Below are positions 36,954-47,000 of a stretch of 64,000 nucleotides of DNA, one piece after another; within the stretch, counting starts at the first letter, position 1, and each line of letters starts with the position of its first letter. Under the pieces are notes generated by a model. That model saw only the letters and a list, made by a program, of their open reading frames with translations. It was not told the DNA's origin and ran no database searches. This DNA comes from a virus: positions 64,001-128,000 of IMG/VR virus record IMGVR_UViG_3300043540_000321; one strand, given 5' to 3'. The position numbers and the translations under genes are program-made.

Positions 36954-37615
36954 AGGTCAACAACGTTCTTGGCGTCGGTATCGTCGAGAGTGACTGTATT
37001 AATAAAAACGGTCAGAGCATACTGAACGTCCAAAAACCGCCACTTAGATATAGTAGAAATCAGATCTCGAGTGGTCTGAACCGGAGCTCCATCAACAGCG
37101 GCAAGGCTGCCGGCAAACAGCAGCTCATCTAGGTAGTATCCGCAGTCGGAATTATTGCCGGGGTAGACCTTCTCCAACCGAATGCGATCGCCCAAGGTTG
37201 GATTACGGAAAGTGATGGAGTGACTACCAGAAGGCGTATCTGCCGCCGGAATGGTGTAGCTCTGAGAAATGGCGAGCTTAAATTGCATTCCGGTTTGACG
37301 CGCCTGATCGCCCATCTCCTTCTGGAGATAGAACATGCTGGTAAAGACGCCAAGTAGAAACTGGGCATCTAGGTGTTGCATATCTCTGTAGTATCCCATT
37401 GGATCTCGAGGAACTACATTCAATGGATTCCCGTTGATAGCCGTGAGGCACAGGGATAGAAGCAATTCTTGAACGGTGCCATTCTTCTCATCTGTACCAG
37501 CCGCTCGGAGAGCGGCGATTCGGTCCTCGAACAGAGGCTCTCTGAAGCTAACGGAAAAACTCTTCGAGGGAATTTGCTCGGCTTCAATTGTAAAAACAGG
37601 CGGCGTAACAGACAT
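36860..37615 (-). CDS. tail assembly chaperone (gpG-like), internally duplicated
   Basis: Two repeats, SFSVSFREPLFEDRI...ELLLSLCLTAING and SHSITFRNPTLGDRI...ELLFAGSLAAVDG; in-frame G-GGA-AAG near the 3' end. Confidence 0.75.
   Translation of the reverse strand: MSVTPPVFTIEAEQIPSKSFSVSFREPLFEDRIAALRAAGTDEKNGTVQELLLSLCLTAINGNPLNVVPRDPMGYYRDMQHLDAQFLLGVFTSMFYLQKEMGDQARQTGMQFKLAISQSYTIPAADTPSGSHSITFRNPTLGDRIRLEKVYPGNNSDCGYYLDELLFAGSLAAVDGAPVQTTRDLISTISKWRFLDVQYALTVFINTVTLDDTDAKNVVDLGKSLWASVKDSRPTSKSSSKSKSSEPTPTT
36947..36953 (-). promoter_or_regulatory. programmed -1 ribosomal frameshift slippery site G GGA AAG
   Basis: Same heptamer as the lambda G/GT site, correctly phased (CTG GGA AAG = L-G-K). 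Confidence 0.8.
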
Positions 37616-37708
37616 ATTTCTTCGTCGTATATCAGTGACTCCAGTCTTACGTCCAAAGAACGCTTAAAAGTATGCGGTGTGACAGTCCGATAAAAGGAGA
37701 AAAGAACG

Positions 37709-38014
37709 ATGACTATGTATTGTGACCTAGAAATTTATTGGGAAGGGTCTGTAATAGCCCTATTAGACGGAGAAACAGACTTCGTCGAACCCTTTATTAA
37801 AACAGTTCGAGAGATTACGTCGGCTAAGATTGACTGGCACCGCTTCGAAGGAATAGCCCGCGTTCTTTGCCTGGTCGATTCTAAGGAAGAGTGGGACACA
37901 GTCTTCAAAACACTTCTATCCGAATACGATAAGCTGCCTGATAGTCAGAAAGACTTGGTCGACAAAGAGTTAAGGATAATGCGAACACATCCCAATTACC
38001 CAGAAGTCGATTAG
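37709..38014 (+). CDS. small counter-oriented hypothetical protein
   Basis: 101 aa, AAAGGAG Shine-Dalgarno; stop overlaps the stop of the giant gene. Confidence 0.65.
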   Translation: MTMYCDLEIYWEGSVIALLDGETDFVEPFIKTVREITSAKIDWHRFEGIARVLCLVDSKEEWDTVFKTLLSEYDKLPDSQKDLVDKELRIMRTHPNYPEVD

Positions 38015-41000
38015 CTGTAGCTATCTGAGACCGTTCCCATCAGTTCAGCTCTGCGGCTCGCAGTATCCTCAAACTCAGTTGCAATGGGAGTACTCTCGTC
38101 ATTAATGACGACTAGGCCTCCCATAATGTCCTGCTCAAGCTGTGTAGGAATGGCCGAGATATCAAAGTCGATCCGTTGGTTATCGTCCGTGTCAAGGACT
38201 TCATACTCCTGCTGTTGACTAAAAATATCTCTCAACTCCATCTCAGTTCGGTCGACCTGCTCGCCCGCCTCCTCTAGCAAATCCCCGACTCGGTCTGGGA
38301 TATACTCTCCAATCAGCGTTCTCTGCTGAGTAGCCCCTCTAGCGATCGACAAAGACGCAATCGTACTGAGAACTTCTGCCCCAACCGTAAGTAGAGCGGA
38401 CTTCCCGGACGGGGTCTCGTGTGTGCGACCGCTAAGTTTATCGACAAGGGCGTGAGAGACCGCGTTGATTCCGGCGAACATCGTCTCCTGAGTAAACCCT
38501 TGAACCGCACCCAGCATAAACCCTTCTGTTGCCATTGAGTTCTTGATGCGAGAGAGGGAGAATGCCACAGCAGCATCCTGAGAGTGTCCAGATAGCTGAG
38601 CGGTGGCCGTATCTTTCTGACTGCTCAACATCGCTACAGCCTGAAGGGTATCGAACCCGAACTGCCACATCCGATCGTCGAACTTAGCCCCAGCTCCAGC
38701 CGCCGCCAGCAGAAGGGGCGCGGTAAATGCCCCAAACATACTGGCATGTCGTTCGGACTTCTCCATCGCTCGAAGGTTCTCCACCGGAGTCTTTCGATCG
38801 AGAGGCGCGGCTGAAAGTTCAGTCAACTTCTCCTGAACATTTCGAAGAACCTGGTTTGCTTCAGGAGTCGTTCGGACAACCCCCATCTGCTGCACCTTGT
38901 CAAAGTTGATCTCCCCATGCTCATAGATGCCCGCCAACTGTCTTCGCATAGACTCGGCATAGCGTATCGAGTTCTCATCCTGCTCATGTAAACTCCCAAG
39001 GCTCTCTAGCTGGTCGAAGAGACCGTAGACCCCCTGAGAAATAGCTCCGGATGTTTTCTGGAGAACAGCAAGAGGGGTACGACCACCTGGAGACGTGAGC
39101 ATCGCTTCTGTCAAGATGGCCTGCTCCCCACGACTTAACCCAGGGAGTCCAACTCCCATCAGTTGAGCCGCTCGCTGTTGGTTAGTGGGTGACATGGCCG
39201 ATAACTGGTCGTAACCCCTCAGTCCCTGAAACTCAGCCAACTTGTAGTAGGCCATATAGAGGGCATCGGAGGGCATCAGTTGTTGCCCTCGCTGCAACAT
39301 TCGGATGTAAGCGTTGTAGGTATCGATGTTGGCCCCTATCATTCGTTCGGTAATGTCACCTGACCCAAACCGAACTCTGGAGGTCGCTTGGAAACTCTCT
39401 CGCAAGCCTTTAATCTGATCTACGGAGAGAACACCGAACTCTTTATTTCGATGCTGAATTTTAAGGAGAGTGGACTCTTGCACCAAGCGCTCGTTTAGCT
39501 GCCCCAGGTCAGAAGTCGCAGACCGCTGCTGCTCATACTCGGAGACCAGGTCATAATACTGACGGTCTATGCCAGACAGTTTATTGCTGTCAGCCTCCGC
39601 GTGAAAGTCTCTCAACTGGTCAACATAGAATTGCTTAAAGTCAGATGAGAGAGTGGAGCTGATAAAGGCGGCCTGCGATCGCTCGAGTAAACCCTGGATC
39701 TGAAGTGCTGCGAAGTCTGCGACATTAGAAGCTCGACGCGACAACCTTGCTCGACGATACTCTTTCTCCAGCCCAGGCTGTTCCACGAACCGTTTGTGCA
39801 GGTCGGTCTCGTCATCCGACATGGCGAACTCAGCCAACCGAAGCAGGGCACCGAAACCCGTTATCCCCGGATCGTGAACCTGACCTTCTCTTAAACGAGC
39901 GGCTGTTCCTTCCAATCCAGGTGGCGTTGAGATGTCTGGACCCAGTCGAGTCGAGACGACCTTCTTAATTAGGTCTATGCGGTCGCGGTCGGTCTCCGCC
40001 TCTTCGATGAGTTGAGATAGGGGTTTGCCATTGGCATCTGCCTGGCGGAGAATGCCGATCAAACCTTTCTCCGATTTCTCCTTCAAGGCATCTCGAATGA
40101 GCTGCTGCATCGTACCGAGAGTCCCAACGGTACCACTGTAATTCTCCAGCAACATTCCTCGGAGTGAGGACGTGTTATCCATCAATTTCTCTCGAAGTCC
40201 GCGGATCTCCTTCCGACGACGAACGTCTCCTTCTCGCTGCTGCATAGCCAGAAGGTTAGTGTCCAACGTTTGCTTGAATGATTCTGCTCCCGTTGTTTGC
40301 AAGCCAGCCGAGATAGACTGACCCATGATCGCCCTGTCTAACAGGGGAATTAATACGTTGTAGGTCTTTCCAATCAGCTCGGTACCGGCCTGCCCGATAG
40401 TTGCTTGTAACCCCTCCATCTCAAAAGGATTAACAATTGTACCGGCTGCCTTCTTCAGACTTTTATTAATTTGCTCAACGCCCATCGCCACGTTCGCCTG
40501 AAATGCAAAGTAGTCTCTGGACTTACTCAAAAATCCCTCGAGAGTGTCACTTCTAGAATGTGTAGTCAGGGCAGACCACTGACTGCGAATGTCTTCAGGC
40601 AATTGACTGAAGCGGGCGTCTTTCTCCAACCCAGACAACTCTGGCGAGAAGGGAACGCCTCCTTGTAGAGGGTCAAAGAACTTCTGTAGAGCTGCGAGTC
40701 TTTCCTCCGTTTTATGAAGATGTGAGCGGGCATCCTCTATCTGAGGCATTGTGCCGGAAAGCTGCTGAACCATTGCCATCAACGTTCCAGTTGAGACCTT
40801 CTGCTCGTTATTGATGATGAAGTCTGGAAAGGCTACATAGCTGCCAACCCACTTCCGTACGTCTTTCAGAGCGCGAGATGGTGTTCGATCAAGATGAAGA
40901 CTATTTTTATTAACCTCTTCGATACCTTCTGTCAGTTGTTGATAGTGCGTCTCAAGCTCGCCTCTCAGGATTTCAGCCTGTTCGCTAAGAGAGCTCATCT

Positions 41001-44000
41001 TATATAGATGCCCGGCGTCATCGATATCAATATCGAGGTGACGATCAACTTCCGCTTCTATTCGTGTTAGTTGCCGGGTCTTGCGGGCAATATCTTTCTG
41101 AATCCCATGAAGCTCAGCCGCCCGCTTCGTTGTGTTGGTCAGCAAGAATTGGTAGGCGTCCCCATCATAGTCACCAAGCATTGAAAGCAGTCGACCGACC
41201 GCCGGAGCCGCCATCATAGTTCGAGACCGCTCTGTGTTGGGTATCAGCCCACCTCCGGCCTGTCGTACTCTGTCCTGGATAGTCGAAAGGTCTACGGCGT
41301 TATAGACATTCGTTTCGTTTGTCAGTCCGGCTGACCCCGCCGGAGCACCCCCTCTTCGAACGGCCCCTTTCGAAAGGGCCAGCACGTTAGACAGCTCGGA
41401 AGTCCTGCTGTTTAATAAATCCTGTACCCGCGCCTGCGGCAGGTTAGTCATCGCACTGATAGTTGCCGCCTTAAGGTCTAGAACCTGTGTGGCAGATAAC
41501 TTTCTCTCTCGAATGCTCTGCTGGGCACTTTCAAACATCAAATCGAGAGAGTGCCGAGACATGATGCCCGATTTGTCGTCTAGCTCCGGTCCTTTTAACC
41601 CGATCGAGTTAATCAACTTCCGGGTGACTTCCAACATTCGAGCCCCGTGCTCCGGCGATCGCAGGGAACTCTGCTCGATCAGGTTGAACTGAGCGCTGAG
41701 CATCTGCCCAAAGTTCCGATCTTCAACCAAGGCGTGGAACCTCTTGCCCAGTCCCACCTCATCTGGATCCAGGGCAAAAGAACCGACGGCGATGCCAACC
41801 GCACCTTCGAAAGTTTGGCGGTCGCCCATCGCCTTACGAACAAAGTCTGTCCCCAACAAATGGACCAGACCTAAACGACTATTTTCTAAACTATCCTGGA
41901 AGGTCTCTAACTTCCTCTTCTCTGCCTCACTAATGATGGCCCCGGGCTGCATGAGTCGTCCGCGCAATTCCTCTGTCTCAACCAATTGGCGGCGAACGTC
42001 AACTTGGTGGCGCAAACCTTCATCGATATATTGCGGGAAGATGAAGCTGATAGACCGGAGGATGTCCGTTCCCATCAACACACCAAGAGATGGTTTATAG
42101 CGCTGGGGGTCTAAAAGTGAAACGCGATAGCGCCCATCATTTGTAGATTCAAGTGAGAATTTAGGCAGAACAATCTGCTTCGTTGTTCTTACCTCAGATA
42201 GGAGTGCTCTGACCTGTCCATCCCAGGGAACTTTCTCCTGCCTCTCAGATAACTCTGTTTCAAGATGCAGGGCTCCTTCAACGAACTGTTTATAAAGATT
42301 GGTATTTAGGTTTTCTCTAATCGCATTAGCCTGGCGATCGCTAAGCTCCTTCAACCGAGATTGGACCTTACGCCGGATGACTTCATCATCCGAACTCAAG
42401 GGGACACCCACCAGGCGATGACTTCCCTGACTTAATTCGCTAATGACTTTGTAGTGACGCTCAAGCTCTGAGATCGCCCGCCCGCCCTGACCAGACTCAA
42501 CAAAATCTTGGAAGGAGACGGATTCCTCACCGGTAGCTCGTCGGACTCTTCGATCGGCGACAAAACGAGAGTAGGAGTCTGAGACTAACTTTGTGACTAT
42601 CTCCATCGGTGAGAGGCGGCGGTCACCGTCTTTTGCGTACGTCTCACTTAGATGGAGTTGTTTCATTAAGCGCTTCGTCTGCAGCCGGCCCGCCGGGGAG
42701 TCTTGGTCGGAAAAATAAGGTACTCCGTAAGTCCGACTTAAGGTAACGCCCCGTTCTTCAAGGTGGGTCTGCCCTTCCCCGGCAAAGGTCGTAGCTATCT
42801 GCTGCAAATTAATAAATCTTAGGAGGTATCCTCGCTCAGTACCTGGGCGCGTACCAACGCCTCGAATGGCGTCGTTGAGCAGACCCATCTTGTAGCCGAG
42901 AGATGTGTACCCCAGAAGGAATCGTTGAGTATCTAGATGGAATCGACTGGTAAATCCAGGTTCATCTGATGGGAGCGCGAGGCGATACTCCATCGCGGCG
43001 TTTGGGTCTTGCAGTCCGAGAGTCAACGACCCTGACAATACGGCAAATGCTTTATGTACTTGCTGTGCTCCGTCTCCAGCGATCGGCTTGAAGGCTCGCA
43101 GATAGGCTGAACTCAATCCAGTCAGGTATTGATACTCCAGGGCAACTTCGTCTTTGCTGCCCGCAGGAACGAGCGACCTGGAGACAGACATGTCTCGAAG
43201 GTCTTGAATGATGAAATCGTTCTTGATGTGAGCTTGTAAAAGCTCCATCGTCGACTTGACTTTGTGCCGGGGGTCGTCTGGTTTAAGCGACAGGTTTGCG
43301 TTCGCGGCGACCGCGTCCACCATATTGCGATAACCCGGATCGGTGTAGTACCGGTCTATGTCAGATAGATCTTGCTCAAATAAGGTGCCGACACTGGCTC
43401 CTGGAGCCGTAGACCGTCCAAAGATTTGTTTCGATATAAAGGCGGTGTGTGCCAACAGCCCAGCCCCTCGAACGATGAGACTTCCTTCGTTCAGCCCCAC
43501 CCGACCCTGACTGAATCGAATAGAGTGAGCTGGGTCAGAAACAGCCGCCGTAATGAGTTTGCCTGCTTGACGTTTCAGGTGCTTAGAAGCACCTTCATCT
43601 CCCCTCAATGCTTTAATGACAGTCTGCTTCAGGCTAGATAAACTGCCGGTTTGGACATCTTTATCCGCGTTCACACCATCGGCGAGTAGGGTTAGCCCCA
43701 AGGCAACTTTCCCTAAGGTGGATGCCGGACGTCCCTCGTCATCTACTTTGGCAAAGTCGGTGCCCTGAACCATTGCGATCGCATGAGCAACAAACTCTAA
43801 GTTCGACCGTTTCAAATTTCTCTGTAGCTCAGTCTTGACCGTTTCATCCCCCAGAAAAAGAAGGGATAAAGACCGAGCCAGTTCTTGACCCGGAAGACTT
43901 TGTAACGCTTCCCGACTCGATCGCTGACTCAGAAGGTAGATGCCTGACTCATAGTTGAATCCCTTAAAGTGAGAGAACCCAAACAACCCGTAGACCTTTT

Positions 44001-47000
44001 CACCTCGAACAGGCTCTGGCATTAAAGACCCTGGGTCTCGCTTGGAGAAGGTTTGCTGAATGTCTTTGAAGAGAGACTCTTCTATAACGGTGAATGGCCC
44101 CTTAACCAGCCCGGCACCGGCTGGACGCGAGCCACTACCCGCTCTCCACACCGCCATTGCATCAGTAGTAACTGAGATGAGTCCACTCTGAGATACATTA
44201 ACGTGGGGATCTTCGGTAATAACCGAAACACCTTCCTGATGACGTTTGCCGAACGCACCGAATTTTACAGTGAGGGTTTGTCGCCTTCTGCCCCACATCG
44301 TCTCTGCAAATGATGCCGCTTCCTCAAGCTCAATAAGACCTTCGCGACTGAACTGGGCCGTCCTTTGATAATCACCTTTTTCTTGATCATAGTTATAAAG
44401 ACCTTCCTTCAAATAAAGTTTGAGTTCGCCCCGGTCTCGTTTTAAGAGGTAGTGCGCGTAGCGTCCGCCGTCAAACTGCTCCAGCTCTGTCTGGAGTTGG
44501 GTGTCTCGGATGCTTGGATTTTCGGCTGTCCTCTCAGCTAGAAGTTGAGATACCCTTTGATTCTCTGCTTCAATAGGAGCCCCGATGACTACACTGCCCT
44601 TCGCGAGATAACGGCTGAGTATACCAATAGTCTCAGTTTGAGACTTAATCTGCTTACTTGAGACTTTAACCGTGACTCGTTGAGGGTCGCCCAGGTCAAG
44701 CTTGTAGCCTGAGTTAACCCAGCTCGAGTCGCCCACTAATGAGACTCCTCCAATAAGAGCAACTCGCTTCATAGCCCTGGGACCTATAACCCCGTGGTAA
44801 GCGTTGTTTGGGTCCATCTCAGCCTGGCGGAAGTACTCTTGAACCTTCTCGAAATCTCCGTTGTATTGAGACGCTACTCTCTTAACCTCTGCAAACTGCA
44901 TAGCGGGGAGAACTTCACGAAGGCGACCAGACACCAGAGAGTCAGCCTTCAACTCTGCCACGCTATGAGAGAGCGATCGCACCTTATCGGCCATCTCACT
45001 ACTGATATCGATGGCTGGGCGGCTGCCTCCCACGTTCTTCAAACGTTGTGGGATCTGTTCGGGTTTCGGGAAGGGGAGCAAGAACATCGTGTCTTGCTCC
45101 TCGGTGATTGCCTGGGCCGATCGCTTACTGACTAATAAAGTCTGGAGTTGCTGAACCTCCTTTGACCACTGCTCTCGACTAACAGAAGCTAGACCGGCAG
45201 TGCCCTTCAAGAACTTTTCCATGTCATGGGCCGTCGCCGCTCCGATGCTGATGTCAGAGTCCACCACCGTTAGCTGTCTTAGCCCGCCATACGCTGTAAT
45301 CTTCAGCGGTTTTGCTTGAGTCACCGCACCTACCGCTCGGTAGAACTCCCCTGCTTCTCCCAGACGAGTACCAGACTTCACCTCAGCCGGGTCTAAGACA
45401 CCGGCTGCAATAACTCGGTCATAGGTCGTGTCTAATGGGAATTTACTCTCTTGAGAGTAAACTGGCAGACGAGCCACTGCTTGCAGCCCCGAGTATCCAA
45501 GCTCGTGAGCAGCCAGGAAGGGAGCCGCCAGGTCAGAGACAATTCGATAGGTCTGAGTGGACTGGGCCGCGAAGAACTTTCTTCGGTTCTCATCGGAACG
45601 AAGGAGAAGTTTTAACTTCAGGTCTTGGAAGAGATTCTGCTCATCGAGAAGAAGGACATCCGTCAATCGATGCTGAGCGAACAAATCTCCCTGGTGTTGA
45701 AGGAGCTCATCGAAAACGACCCGGAGATAATTCTGTCGCTTGGAAAAGTCCGCCTCGGACAGCGTGCGCGTGTAATCTTCTATTGGAGAATCGACTCCTG
45801 CTGCCAACACCCGCTGCGCCTGGTACACAGTAGATGAAGGGGAGATTCCTAATTCTTTAGACGCGGACTTAATACCAGACATCATCGTCCGCAGGTTCGC
45901 TCGTCCCTGTCCGGACTCGACAGCCTGGGCTACTTCTGGAGCAACCATCGCCAAAGATTCCGCGATGATGTCGCGTGCCGCCGCATGTAAATCTCCCGGA
46001 CGCTCCTGAACCATTCGGTTGAACAGAGAGTTCACCAGAGAGTATCTGGACTGATAGCTCAGCTCTCGAGACACCGTAGCTATGAAGGACACGGCAGTCT
46101 CCATTCCAGAAAGTTGGGTAGACTTTCCAGGTTGAATCTTACGTCCGAACAGAGAGATAGGAGAGGACGATTTGTTCGCAAAGACAGACCCAGGAATGAG
46201 CTTGTTCTGATCGACCAGGATTACGTTTCCGTGGCGATCGACTGTCAAGTTGATTATGAGAGAGCCGGATATGGAGTCAACACCTCGAACACGAACCTTC
46301 AGTCCAGTCTGTGAAGCTGGGGAGTCTGGGCCGGTCTTAAGAGTGTATCGCCCCTCAACCTCGATGACTGAGCCTCCAATTTCACGATTCAGTTTCTCCA
46401 GAGCTTGTCGGAGCTGCTCCACCTGAGAGACGTCCGCGTTACGCTCAGCCAAGAATCCCGTCTTGTATAACGTCTGCCCGCGGTCCATCTTTTTGAGCAG
46501 GTCGCCCGCAGATAGCACGTTATAGTGCTGCTCCAGTTTTGACTTCTGCTTCAACTCCTGCAGATAGCCGTCCGGGTCCAGCCGTTTCTGAACTGGGCGG
46601 TGCTCGTCGCGATAGCGGCCCGCACCAACTGCGACTACCGTGTCCAGGTTGATGGGAGATTCTGGGTCGAAATCTGTGAACGTTCGCTTCGCTGCATTCA
46701 GAGCGTTATTAAAATATTCATCCTGGAAGCGATTGAGCTGCGAGACTGGAATCAATGAATCGGCGGAGAAGTTTGCAGACCCCACACTTAAGAACATCAA
46801 CTTCTGGTCAGTCCCTCCAAAAATTGAGATGGATTTGTCATGTTGATAGCCCGTCGTCGCCGTCCGGATCGAACCCGTGTCTATGAGCAGTCGAATAAAG
46901 GTCTCATCAACTCCAAGTGCCTGCGTGCTCCCTCCAAACTTTGCATCTCGAAGTGAGTCGAAGAACCCAGACAGCCGAGAGTTATCGGTAACGATCGTCA

